NCBI GenBank assembly: GCA_963765245.1
Contig: CAVXVP010000011.1
Location: 33,621 to 97,620, forward strand
Reading direction: 5' to 3'
DNA from: an uncultured Chloroflexia bacterium
GTDB taxonomy: Bacteria > Chloroflexota > Limnocylindria > Limnocylindrales > CSP1-4
Length of the DNA stretch: 64,000 nt
Shown: positions 1 to 8,863 of the stretch, piece after piece
Layout: each line of letters starts with the position of its first letter
Position numbering within the stretch: position 1 is the first letter of the stretch
Position numbers and translations under genes: made by a program
The notes under the pieces: generated by a model
What the model was told of the DNA's origin: nothing
Databases searched by the model: none
What the model saw: only the letters and a program-made list of their open reading frames with translations

Positions 1-252
1 CTCGGCGAGGCGATGGTCTCGGGGATGATCACGCCCGACACGATCGTCGTCTCCAAGGCGGAGCGGGCGGTGGTCGAGTTCACGCCCGGTGACTCAGGTG
101 ACGGACCCGCGCTCAACGACGGTGCCGTGGACGCCCTGGTCGCGCTCGCCCTCGAGGTGGAGCGGGCGTTCGGTGCTCCGGTCGACATCGAGGCCGCACT
201 CGCCGACGACGGCTGGTATCTCCTCCAGGCCCGCCCGATCACCTCGCCCTAG
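1..252 (+). CDS. PEP/pyruvate-binding (PPDK_N-type ATP-grasp) domain protein, C-terminal fragment; 5' end lies outside the window
   Basis: Frame is open from base 1. LGEAMVSGMITPD...WYLLQARPITSP resembles the end of the PpsA/PPDK nucleotide-binding domain. TAG at 250-252 is followed by AGGAG and ATG 261. Confidence 0.65.
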   Translation, partial: LGEAMVSGMITPDTIVVSKAERAVVEFTPGDSGDGPALNDGAVDALVALALEVERAFGAPVDIEAALADDGWYLLQARPITSP

Positions 253-260
253 GAGCACAC

Positions 261-1862
261 ATGACCGATCAGTTCCCCGTCGAGTGGCTGGATCCGTCCG
301 ATGCCGAGATCACCTGGGAATGGGACGACATGCATATGCCGGGTGCGCTCTCGGCACTCGCCGGTGACTACATCCGGGTCATCGGTGCGGGGATGGCGTA
401 CGGGCACCAGCGGATGGGGACCGCGGTCGAGATGCGGGTCAGGGTCTGGAACGGGTACGCCTACTTCGGCCTGGCGACCGATGTCCCCGAGGCGGAACGG
501 GAGGCGATGTGGGAGCGCCGGGACGTCGCTGCCCGTGCGGCCATCAAGGACGCCGACGCGTACTGGCACGAGCGGGCGGTGCCCGAAGTCAGGACCACCT
601 ACGACTGGGTCGCCGCTCGCCCGGTCGAGACGCTGACGTTGCCGGAACTCGCCGACACGTGGAATGAGGTCTGGGCACGGATCAGTCGTTGCTGGGCGAT
701 CCACTTCTACGCGATCCGCGGGCCGTACCAGGTTCTCGATGACCTCGCCGACCTGTATGAGTCCGTCGTCGAGGCACAGACGCCGGGCGAGGCGCTCGGG
801 CTGATCGGCGGCGGCGACCACGAGCTCCAGGCGGTCGAGCGGGACCTCGAGCAGCTGGCTGCGACCGCGAGGGCAACGCCCGGGCTCGCCGAGCGTCTGT
901 GCGAGCCGGGCGCGACCGTCGAGCAGCTGGCTGCGTTGCCGGGAGCAGGGGGTTTCATGGATGCCCTCTTGTCGTTCCTTGTGACCCACGGTCACCTCGG
1001 GCAGAACGTCGACGATCTGACGCTGGCCTCGTGGGCCGAGGAGCCAGGCCTCCTTCTGACCGAGCTCGACAAGCGCATCCGCACGCCGGGGACGATCACA
1101 GCCGAGGAACGCCGGGCGCGACTGGCCAACGAGGCCGATCTGCTCGCTGATCGGGCGCGGACGGCGCTCGACTCGGACCCGGAAAAGCTCGCGCGTTTCG
1201 ACGCTTTGCTCGCGGACGCCCGTCAGATCGGCCACCTGACCGAGACGCACAACTACTGGATCGACCGGATGGCCCAGGCATCGTTGCGCCGGTTCGTCGT
1301 CCGGGTCGGGCAGCGGGTGGCCGATGCCGGGGCGATCGAGGAGCCGGTGGACATCTTCCACCTCCATCGAGACGAGGTCCCCGAGCTGCTACGTGGTGGC
1401 GGCGATCGCCGGGCGCTCGTGGCGCATCGGCAACGCGACCTGGCACGCTTTGCCGCGATCATCCCCCCACGCCAGCTGGGAAAGCCGGCCGAGGACGGCG
1501 GCGGCGATCGATTCGATGGCGTCCGCCTGACGTCGTCGGACCCTGACGAGCTGCGCGGGACCGGGGCGTCCGCCGGGATCGTCCGCGGTCCTGCGCGGGT
1601 GACGCTGACCCAGGCAGACTTCGAGGCGGTCCGACAGGGCGACATCATCGTCTGTCCCTCGTCCAACCCGTCGTGGGTGCCGCTCTTCGCGATCGCCGGC
1701 GGGTTGATCACCAATACCGGTGGCGTCCTCTCCCACGCCGCAGTCGTGGCGCGCGAATTCGGGCTGCCGGCCGTCGTTGGGACCGGCGATGCGACCACCC
1801 GGATCACAGACGGGCGACTCGTCGAGCTCGACGGCAGCAGCGGGATCGTGCGCCTCCTGTGA
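261..1862 (+). CDS. PEP-utilising enzyme, mobile (phosphohistidine swivel) domain protein; second half of a split PpsA/Rph-like phosphotransferase
   Basis: 533-aa intact ORF. The C-terminus CPSSNPSWVPLFAIAGGLITNTGGVLSHAAVVAREFGLPAVVG is the classic PEP-utilizer His-domain motif. AGGAG lies 5 nt upstream of the ATG. Confidence 0.75.
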   Translation: MTDQFPVEWLDPSDAEITWEWDDMHMPGALSALAGDYIRVIGAGMAYGHQRMGTAVEMRVRVWNGYAYFGLATDVPEAEREAMWERRDVAARAAIKDADAYWHERAVPEVRTTYDWVAARPVETLTLPELADTWNEVWARISRCWAIHFYAIRGPYQVLDDLADLYESVVEAQTPGEALGLIGGGDHELQAVERDLEQLAATARATPGLAERLCEPGATVEQLAALPGAGGFMDALLSFLVTHGHLGQNVDDLTLASWAEEPGLLLTELDKRIRTPGTITAEERRARLANEADLLADRARTALDSDPEKLARFDALLADARQIGHLTETHNYWIDRMAQASLRRFVVRVGQRVADAGAIEEPVDIFHLHRDEVPELLRGGGDRRALVAHRQRDLARFAAIIPPRQLGKPAEDGGGDRFDGVRLTSSDPDELRGTGASAGIVRGPARVTLTQADFEAVRQGDIIVCPSSNPSWVPLFAIAGGLITNTGGVLSHAAVVAREFGLPAVVGTGDATTRITDGRLVELDGSSGIVRLL

Positions 1863-3265
1863 CCGAGGCCGGCCGGGCGCGGCTGCTCAGCCCGGCCATG
1901 CTCGGGGTGGCGAGCGGCGCCGTGCTCGTGCCACTCAACTCGACGATGCTCGCCGTCGCGCTGCCGAGCGTCATGGGCGAGTTCGCGATCGGACCGGAGA
2001 CCGTCTCCTCGCTGGTCACGCTCTACCTCGGAGCCGTGACGGTCGCGCTGCCCGCGAGCGGCAGCCTGGGTGACCGGTTCGGCCAGCGGCGGGTCTTTCT
2101 CGTCGGTGTGCTGGCGTTTGCGATGGCCTCGCTGCTCGCCGCGGCGGCGCAATCCTTCGAGCTCTTGGCGCTGGCGCGCGTCCTCCAGGCGGTCAGCGGC
2201 GCGCTGGTCTCGACGACCTCGGTGGCGCTCGTCCGCGGGATGTCCCCACCGGAACGGCGGGGCGCGGCATTCGGCCTGTTCGACATGCTGGTCTCGACAA
2301 GCGCCGCCATCGGCCCGTTCATCGGTGGCGTGCTGGTCGGCGCATTCGGCTGGCGGTCGCTGTTCGTGATCGCCGTCCCGGTGGCGCTGTTCGCGGCGCT
2401 CATGGTCGGGCTGGTCGTGCGGCCGGATCTGCCAGCGGCCGGAGCCGCCGACGGGACGGCACGGGACGGCCCCGCGCCACGGCCAAAGCCCATCGATGTC
2501 GCCGGACTCGTCATCCTTGCCGCCCTCCTGATCGCCCTCCTCGCCGCGATCCGTGCAGCAGGCGATGGCGGGCTGGGATCCGTGGCGGCCCTGGCAGTCG
2601 TCCCGCTGACACTGCTCTTCGTCCGGTTCGAGCTCGCGAGCGACCACCCGGCGGTCGACCCGCGCCTGTTCACGGTGCGCCCGTTCGCGGCGGCGGTCCT
2701 GGGAGTTCTCGGCGCCACGGTCATCCTCCACGGCGCCTTCATCCTCGTTCCGCTGCTGGTCGAAGAGCTGCTCCACGGCGACGCACGGACGGCGGGGCTG
2801 GTGTTGCTCGCGATCTCGGCGGTCGGCGCCGTGGCGGCGCCGATCGGCGGCCGGATATCGGACCGCTACGGGCGGCGGCTGCCGGTCGTCGCTGGCTCGC
2901 TGTGCCTGACCGCCGGCCTGGTCGCGCTGTGGTGGTTCGCCGCCGACAGCTCCGCCGCGGTCATCGCGCTTCTGCTCGGGATCGTAGGGCTCGGCCTCGG
3001 GTTGGCCGGGTCACCACGGCAGGCCGCGGCGTTCGATTCGATCCCCGGCGACCGGGTCGGGATGGCGGCCGGCACCTATTACACGGGTCGCTATCTCGGC
3101 GGCGTCCTCGGTGCGAGCCTGGCCGGTGCAGTGCTCGGTGCGGCCGTGACCGGCGCCGGGGTCACGCTCGGGTTCGGGTTGCTCGCGCTCGTTGGGATGG
3201 CCGTCGTCGTGGTGTCATTCGGCCTCCCCGACCGACCCGTCAGGCGGGTCGGCGCCGGCGCGTAG
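1859..3265 (+). CDS. MFS transporter (drug:H+ antiporter-like)
   Basis: In-frame GTG at 1859 overlaps the upstream TGA (GTGA). Many hydrophobic helices; the GDRFGQRRVFLVG motif is typical of the MFS loop 2-3. Confidence 0.8.
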   Translation: MTEAGRARLLSPAMLGVASGAVLVPLNSTMLAVALPSVMGEFAIGPETVSSLVTLYLGAVTVALPASGSLGDRFGQRRVFLVGVLAFAMASLLAAAAQSFELLALARVLQAVSGALVSTTSVALVRGMSPPERRGAAFGLFDMLVSTSAAIGPFIGGVLVGAFGWRSLFVIAVPVALFAALMVGLVVRPDLPAAGAADGTARDGPAPRPKPIDVAGLVILAALLIALLAAIRAAGDGGLGSVAALAVVPLTLLFVRFELASDHPAVDPRLFTVRPFAAAVLGVLGATVILHGAFILVPLLVEELLHGDARTAGLVLLAISAVGAVAAPIGGRISDRYGRRLPVVAGSLCLTAGLVALWWFAADSSAAVIALLLGIVGLGLGLAGSPRQAAAFDSIPGDRVGMAAGTYYTGRYLGGVLGASLAGAVLGAAVTGAGVTLGFGLLALVGMAVVVVSFGLPDRPVRRVGAGA

Positions 3266-3268
3266 GGG

Positions 3269-4176
3269 TCACGGCCACGAGATCGTGGCGGTCAGGTCGG
3301 TCGTCCCGAACCCCGCCTCGATGTTCTGGAGCACGAGCCGCCAGTTCCCGGGAGTGACGGGCAGGGCCTGGTCGACCTTGGTCGACGGTCCCTGGTTCGC
3401 CAGCGCGGCGTTGCCCGACCCTGCGCCCTCGTCGAACAGGTCGATCTCGTACAGGAACGGGTGGCCGCCCCAGTCCGCTACGAGCCGGACCTCCCCGGCC
3501 GTCCGGGCAGTGAACCGCGCCTGGATGCCATTCGTCTCGGGCGAGGCCGTTCCGTCGAAACGAGCGTGCGCAATGGCGACCTTCGGCGCGACCGCCTGGA
3601 ACGTGACGGTCAGGTCGACGGTCGGGGCAGTCGGAGGCCGTGCCTCGAAGCGTCACCGTCCAGTTCGCGTGAGCCTGCGACGTCTTGCCGGTGAATGTGC
3701 CCGACGTGATGTCCTTGCAGCCGATCTGCTTGGTCCCGACGAGCAGGCACATGTGGGTCTTTCCCTGCGTCGAGTTCGTCCCGAGCTTGGCGGTGACCGT
3801 TCCCGGCGCCGTCGCTGCGGAAGGTCACGATTCGCGCATCGCCACCCGGGTCCGCCGTCGCGTCCAACTTGAGGCCGACGAAGGTCAGCGTCGCCACGGC
3901 CGGCGCCCCGGGCGAGCCGGACGGCGCCGCGCTCGGGCTAGGTGGCGCGGACGGCGCGACGCTCGCCTCCGGGGTTGGCGCTGCCGAGGGGGGCGCGCTC
4001 TCGGTCGGGGTGACGGTTGCCTCGAGGGACGGAGATCCGACCGCGACCGGCGGGGCGCTCGGGGAGCCCGTCGCCGAGCCGTTGCGCCCCACCACGACCA
4101 ACATCGTCACCGCGACGACCAGGACCAGCAGGCCCGCCAGGACGGCCACGACGTTGCGCAGGGTTCGGTCGCTCAC
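3269..4176 (-). pseudogene. Membrane-anchored secreted protein of unknown function (N-terminal TM helix, Pro/Ser/Ala linker, beta-rich C-terminal domain); frame broken
   Basis: The N-terminus MSDRTLRNVVAVLAGLLVLVVAV plus PSAPP linker continues coherently in two other frames (...TVTAKLGTNSTQGKTHMCLLVG..., ...VDLTVTFQAVAPKVAIAHARFDG...ISWP*). Breaks at about 3803 and 3625 (GGGG run). Confidence 0.5.
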
Positions 4177-4256
4177 AGGGTCGAGTCACGCATGCGTGAG
4201 GGCATCCTACCCGACCGTCGGCGTCACGCCGGCCGCTGACGCATCGTCACAGACAC

Positions 4257-4298
4257 GACGCCGGGCGATCATGGCAGGCTGATCGATCGCCCGGCGTC
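4257..4298. promoter_or_regulatory. Perfect 14-bp inverted repeat (GACGCCGGGCGATC-N14-GATCGCCCGGCGTC) in a divergent intergenic region
   Basis: Arms 4257-4270 and 4285-4298 are exact reverse complements. Lies between the divergent starts of the 3269-4176 gene and the LCP gene. Confidence 0.35.
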
Positions 4299-4455
4299 AC
4301 CATGTCCGCCCACACGGGTAGACTCGGCGCGGACATCCGCCGCGCCCTCACGACAGAGGAGTCACGTCCTGCAAGCCCGCGCTCAGGCAAGCCAGATCCG
4401 TGCCGACACGAAGCCGACGGATCTCCGCCGACTCGCCGCCGCCGGACTCTCGGCG

Positions 4456-5748
4456 GTGGTCCCGGGACTCGGTCAACTGTTCAACCGACGTCCCCGCCTC
4501 GCGGCCATCTTCCTGGTCCCCTCGCTCATCCTGATCGCGATCGCGCTGCTGCTCATCCAGACGCAGTCGCCGGCACGACTGGCCGCGTGGGTGGTCTCCC
4601 CACAGGTCCTCGGCACGCTGTTGGCGCTCAACGCCATCGTCCTCACCTGGCGTTTGCTGGCGGTCGGTCAGGCGTTCCTCGACACCGGGCGGACCGGACC
4701 CATCGGACGCCTCGGGATCATCGGCGTCGTGGTCATCGCGATCCTGGTCGCCCTCCCGCACGTGGCCGTCTGGCGCTACGGCACGATCATGGGCGACACG
4801 TTCGCCCGGATCTTCCAGGCGGCGTCCAGCGAGAACGGCCAAGCCGCCGCGAACGGGCCCGTGCCCAAGGACGGGGAACGGATCAACGTCCTGCTGGTCG
4901 GCGTCGACAAGCTGCCGGACCGGACCGCATCGCTGACCGACACGATGATCGTGGCCTCGCTCGATCCCGTCGGCAAGACGGTCTCGATGCTGTCGCTGCC
5001 ACGCGACATGGTCGGCGTCCCGCTCGGCAACGGGGACGTCTACGGTCCAAAGCTCAACTCGCTCATGTCGTTCGCCGAGCGCAACCCAGAGTCCTTCCCG
5101 AGGGGCGGGATGCGGACGCTCGAGGACGCGGTCGGCGCCCTCCTCGGCATCCCGATCCACTACTACGCGCGGATCGACTTCATCGGCTTCATCGCCATGG
5201 TCGATGCGGTCGGCGGGGTCGACATCGACGTCAAGCGCACGCTCCGGGCGAAGCACTACGACGGCTACGGCCTGACGACCAAGGGCTTCCGCCTGACCAA
5301 GGGCGTCCACCACCTGACTGGTGCCGAGGCGCTCGCCTACGCCCGGATCCGCAAGGGAGTCGGGGAGACCGACTTCACCCGAGCCGGCCGCCAGCAGGAG
5401 GTGATCGTCGCCCTCCGATCGAGCGTCACCTCGGGTGGCAGCCTGTTCTGGCGCCTCCCGGACCTGCTCGATGCGGTCGCCAACACGATCAAGACGAATG
5501 TCCCGACGGCGCGCCTCCCCGAGCTGGCCGCGATCATCGATGAGGTGGGATCGAAGGAAGTCGTGCGTGTCGTGATCGGCCATCCTCTGGTCGCCTCGGC
5601 CAACACCAAGTACGGCTCGTCACAGGTCCCGAAGATCGACAAGATCCAGGCGGTCGCCGCCCGGCTCTTCTCGACGCCGGGGACCCCGCCCGTCCCGTGG
5701 CCGACGCCCAAGGCGACCAAGGTCCCGAAGGCGAGCCCGACCCCCTAG
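4456..5748 (+). CDS. LytR-CpsA-Psr (LCP) family glycopolymer-peptidoglycan ligase
   Basis: INVLLVGVD...RTASLTDTMIVASLDP...LSLPRDM...ARIDFIGFIAMVDAVGGVDIDV...AYARIR...DFTRAGRQQEV are LCP hallmarks. The conserved N-terminal LSAVVPGLGQLFN runs upstream of GTG 4456, so the true start is probably near 4366-4369 (see findings). Confidence 0.85.
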   Translation: MVPGLGQLFNRRPRLAAIFLVPSLILIAIALLLIQTQSPARLAAWVVSPQVLGTLLALNAIVLTWRLLAVGQAFLDTGRTGPIGRLGIIGVVVIAILVALPHVAVWRYGTIMGDTFARIFQAASSENGQAAANGPVPKDGERINVLLVGVDKLPDRTASLTDTMIVASLDPVGKTVSMLSLPRDMVGVPLGNGDVYGPKLNSLMSFAERNPESFPRGGMRTLEDAVGALLGIPIHYYARIDFIGFIAMVDAVGGVDIDVKRTLRAKHYDGYGLTTKGFRLTKGVHHLTGAEALAYARIRKGVGETDFTRAGRQQEVIVALRSSVTSGGSLFWRLPDLLDAVANTIKTNVPTARLPELAAIIDEVGSKEVVRVVIGHPLVASANTKYGSSQVPKIDKIQAVAARLFSTPGTPPVPWPTPKATKVPKASPTP

Positions 5749-5761
5749 ACCGTCCGGCCTC

Positions 5762-6313
5762 CTAGGCCGCCCGCCAGCCGAAGCGGTCGAGGAGGGTCTC
5801 GAGGTCCGGATCGAGCCGCAGCAGCGCGCGGTTCGCGGGTGAGACGAATCCCTCGTCCACGGCGTGGTCGAGCCAGGAGAGCAACGCCTCCCAATAGCCC
5901 ATGGGGCCGAGCAAGCCGATCGGCTTGTGGTGCAGACCGAGCTGGGCCCAGGACGAGACCTCGGCCAGCTCCTCCAGGGTCCCGAGACCACCCGGCAGGG
6001 CGATGAAGCCGTCGGACAGGGCGGCCATCTCGGCCTTGCGCTCGTGGAGCGTCTCGACCACGCGCTGCTCGGTCAGGCCGCCGTGAGCGACTTCGCGGTC
6101 GACCAGGTGGCGCGGGATGACGCCGATGACCTCGCCGCCGGCCGCGAGGGCAGCATCGGCGACCGCGCCCATCATCCCGATCCGGCTGCCCCCGTAGACG
6201 ACGCCGATCCCGCGCTGCGCCAATCCGGTCCCGACTGCAGCGGCCAGCTCCAGGTAGACCGGATCCCGGCCAGGGCTGGCACCACAGAACACGCAGAGCC
6301 GGCGGATCGCCAT
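5762..6313 (-). CDS. LOG family protein (TIGR00730; nucleotide 5'-monophosphate phosphoribohydrolase)
   Basis: [13 protein letters not shown]..., GGSRIGMMG and ALPGGLGTLEEL motifs. ATG 6313 overlaps the rdgB stop (TGATG). Confidence 0.85.
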   Translation of the reverse strand: MAIRRLCVFCGASPGRDPVYLELAAAVGTGLAQRGIGVVYGGSRIGMMGAVADAALAAGGEVIGVIPRHLVDREVAHGGLTEQRVVETLHERKAEMAALSDGFIALPGGLGTLEELAEVSSWAQLGLHHKPIGLLGPMGYWEALLSWLDHAVDEGFVSPANRALLRLDPDLETLLDRFGWRAA

Positions 6314-6948
6314 CAGCGGAACCCGTGCGCGGCGAGACGCGGGATCATCCGCCGGGCGGCCCGGGCGCGGTGCGAGATCGCGTGCTTCTCTTCCGGCGTC
6401 CAGAGACCGAGCGTGCGCCCGCCCGCCGGCTCGGACTCGGGCTCGAAGATCGGGTCGTAGCCGAACCCGCCTGTCCCGCGCGGCTCCGTGGCGATGCGGC
6501 CACGACACGTGCCGCGCGCGGTGATGAGCGGCACGCCACCGCGCGGTCCCGCGTCGCCGGGAAGTGCCAGCGCCAGGACGCACACGTACCGCGCCCCGCG
6601 TCGCCCGGCTGGGAGATCACCCAATGCCCCGAGCAGCTTCGCGTTGTTGTCGAGGTCCGTGGCGTTCTCGCCGGCGTAGCGGCGCGTGCGCACGCCCGGC
6701 CCGCCGCCCAGCGCGTCGACCTCGATGCCGGAGTCGTCGGCGAGGGTCGGCAGACCGCTGGCACGGACCCCGAAGCGGGCCTTGATCGCCGCGTTCGTCT
6801 CGAACGTCTCGCCGTCCTCGACCGGCTCGCCCTCGATGCCGAGGTCGTCGAACGAGACCAGCTCGATCTCCTCGAGCGCCAGCAGCTCACGCAGCTCGCG
6901 CAGCTTGTGCGACGAGTGGGTCGCGATGAGCAGGCGCCGGCCGGTCAA
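6313..6948 (-). CDS. rdgB: RdgB/HAM1 dITP/XTP pyrophosphatase
   Basis: [16 protein letters not shown]..., [23 protein letters not shown] and GFGYDPIF motifs. TTG start at 6948 overlaps the rph stop (TTGA). Confidence 0.85.
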   Translation of the reverse strand: MTGRRLLIATHSSHKLRELRELLALEEIELVSFDDLGIEGEPVEDGETFETNAAIKARFGVRASGLPTLADDSGIEVDALGGGPGVRTRRYAGENATDLDNNAKLLGALGDLPAGRRGARYVCVLALALPGDAGPRGGVPLITARGTCRGRIATEPRGTGGFGYDPIFEPESEPAGGRTLGLWTPEEKHAISHRARAARRMIPRLAAHGFR

Positions 6949-7682
6949 CGCCGGACGGTGGCGAGGATCGCGGCCTGTGCCTCGAACAGGCGGGCGAGGC
7001 CGCCGTCGGCGAGGTCGAGCAGGCCGGTGGTCGCAGCCCGGTCGAACGGCACGCCCTCGGCCGTCCCTTGCAACTCGACGTACGCCCCGGCGTCCGTGCC
7101 GACGACGTTGAAGTCGACGTCGGCGTGCGAGTCCTCGGAGTAGTCGAGATCGAGCAGCGAGACGCCGTTCACGATCCCGACCGAGATCGCCGAGACCTTG
7201 CCGCGCAGGTGCCGCTCCATCCCGTAGGTGATGAGAGCGGCAGCCAGGGCGACGTACCCGCCCGTGATCGAGGCGGTGCGCGTGCCGCCATCGGCCTGGA
7301 GGACGTCGCAGTCGACGGTGATCGTGCGCTCGCCCAGCCGCGACAGGTCGACGACGCCACGCAACGAGCGCCCGATGAGGCGCTGGATCTCGTGCGTCCG
7401 GCCACCGATCCGGCCCTTGACCGACTCGCGGTCCGTCCGCTCGGCGGTGGCCCGCGGCAGCATCGAGTACTCCGCCGTGATCCAGCCGGTCCCCTTGCCG
7501 CGGAGGTGGGGCGGCACCCGGTCGACGATCGTGGCCGCGCACAGGACCTCGGTGTCGCCGAACCGGACCCGGCACGAGCCCTCGGCCCACTTCTGGACGC
7601 CGAGCTCGAAGCTGATCGGACGCAGGTCGTTCGGGCCACGCCCGTCGGCGCGGACGGTGGCGGGCCGATTGCCGATGGTCAT
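6945..7682 (-). CDS. rph: Ribonuclease PH
   Basis: 245-aa intact [15 protein letters not shown]..., [14 protein letters not shown] and [18 protein letters not shown] are canonical RNase PH sequence. Confidence 0.95.
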   Translation of the reverse strand: MTIGNRPATVRADGRGPNDLRPISFELGVQKWAEGSCRVRFGDTEVLCAATIVDRVPPHLRGKGTGWITAEYSMLPRATAERTDRESVKGRIGGRTHEIQRLIGRSLRGVVDLSRLGERTITVDCDVLQADGGTRTASITGGYVALAAALITYGMERHLRGKVSAISVGIVNGVSLLDLDYSEDSHADVDFNVVGTDAGAYVELQGTAEGVPFDRAATTGLLDLADGGLARLFEAQAAILATVRR

Positions 7683-8851
7683 GACGTCTTCTCCTCAGCC
7701 TTGGCGGCATCCCAGAGCGCATCGAGCGCATCGAAGTCGAGATCGCGCAGGGCGACCCCTTGGGCAGCGGCGCCTCGTTCGACGCTTGCGAACCGCCGCC
7801 GGAACTTGGCGTTCGCGGCGCGGACGGCCGCCTCGGCCTCGATCCCGCGCCGCCGGGCGACGTTGACCAGCACGAACAGCAGGTCGCCGAACTCCTCCGC
7901 CGTCTCGGCGTCGGAGGCTGCGTCGCGCAGCTCGTTGGCCTCCTCGACGACCTTGTCCAGCACGCCGTCGATCGACGGCCAGTCATAGCCCAGGTTGGCC
8001 GCACGCTCCTGCATCTCCTGGCTGGCGGCGAGGGCCGGCATCGACGGGCTGATCCCGTCCAGGGCGCTCTTGGCGACAGCGGGCGTGCCCGATCCATCGC
8101 TCGCGGCGTCCTCGGCCTCGGCGGCCGTCGCCCTCTCGTCCGCCTTGATCCGCTCCCATTGGCGGTTGACGTCCGACGCGGTCTTGGCCACGGCGTCGCC
8201 GAACACGTGCGGATGGCGGCGCACGATCTTGGAGGCGATCGCCGCCTGGACGTCCGCGAGGTCGAAGACGCCCTCCTCCGCGGCCAGCTGCGCGTGGAGC
8301 ACGACCTGGAGCCAGAGGTCGCCGAGCTCGCCCGCCAGCTCGGGCGTGGCGCCGGCCTCGAGCGCGTCGTAGACCTCGTAGGCCTCCTCGAGGAGGTGCT
8401 TGCGCAGCGATTGGTGGGTCTGCTCGCGGTCCCACGGGCAGCCGTCGGGCTGGCGCAGCCGGGCAGAGATCCAGGGCATCGCCCACGGCCCGGCGATCGC
8501 CAGCTGCGGCGCGACCGGAGCGATGTAGAGCGGCGCCTCGAGCGACGATGGGGTCAGCGCGGCGACGGTCTCCCCGTCGGCCGCCCCGAACCGTCCGATC
8601 GGATGATCCGCCGGGTAGAGGCGGGCCAGCAGCACCAGCGGGTCGCGACCAGACGGTCCGGCACGGCCGGCCAGCGGGGCAGCCTCAACGGCGGTCGCCT
8701 CGGCGCGCAGGGTCGCCAGCGGGACGATCAGCAGCGGACGCGAGGGCTCGATCGGCGCGCCGACCAGCGTCTCCGCCGCGAACACCTGGAGGCCGTCGGC
8801 CGGATCGAGACCCCAGCGGAGCCGGGCCTCCGCGACGAGCGCGTCGAGCAA
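7679..8851 (-). CDS. mazG: MazG-type nucleoside triphosphate pyrophosphohydrolase with an N-terminal YabN-like extension
   Basis: [28 protein letters not shown] and RRHPHVFGD, plus a second MazG repeat (EEANELRDA...[12 protein letters not shown]). Stop overlaps the rph start (ATGA). Confidence 0.85.
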   Translation of the reverse strand: MLDALVAEARLRWGLDPADGLQVFAAETLVGAPIEPSRPLLIVPLATLRAEATAVEAAPLAGRAGPSGRDPLVLLARLYPADHPIGRFGAADGETVAALTPSSLEAPLYIAPVAPQLAIAGPWAMPWISARLRQPDGCPWDREQTHQSLRKHLLEEAYEVYDALEAGATPELAGELGDLWLQVVLHAQLAAEEGVFDLADVQAAIASKIVRRHPHVFGDAVAKTASDVNRQWERIKADERATAAEAEDAASDGSGTPAVAKSALDGISPSMPALAASQEMQERAANLGYDWPSIDGVLDKVVEEANELRDAASDAETAEEFGDLLFVLVNVARRRGIEAEAAVRAANAKFRRRFASVERGAAAQGVALRDLDFDALDALWDAAKAEEKTS

Positions 8852-8863
8852 CGGCCCCTCCCG

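Noticed and set aside
249-2776. Long minus-strand ORFs (249-1367, 1253-2776)
   Set aside because: They lie antisense to the PEP-utilising enzyme and MFS genes. They are Arg/Pro/Gly-rich with no domain signatures.
4302-5543. 413-aa plus-strand ORF starting at ATG 4302
   Set aside because: It reads an alternative frame of the LCP gene and is Arg/Pro/Gly-rich. The LCP frame carries all the family motifs. The ATG 4302 segment could only matter if a frame break links it to the LCP N-terminus, which I cannot show.
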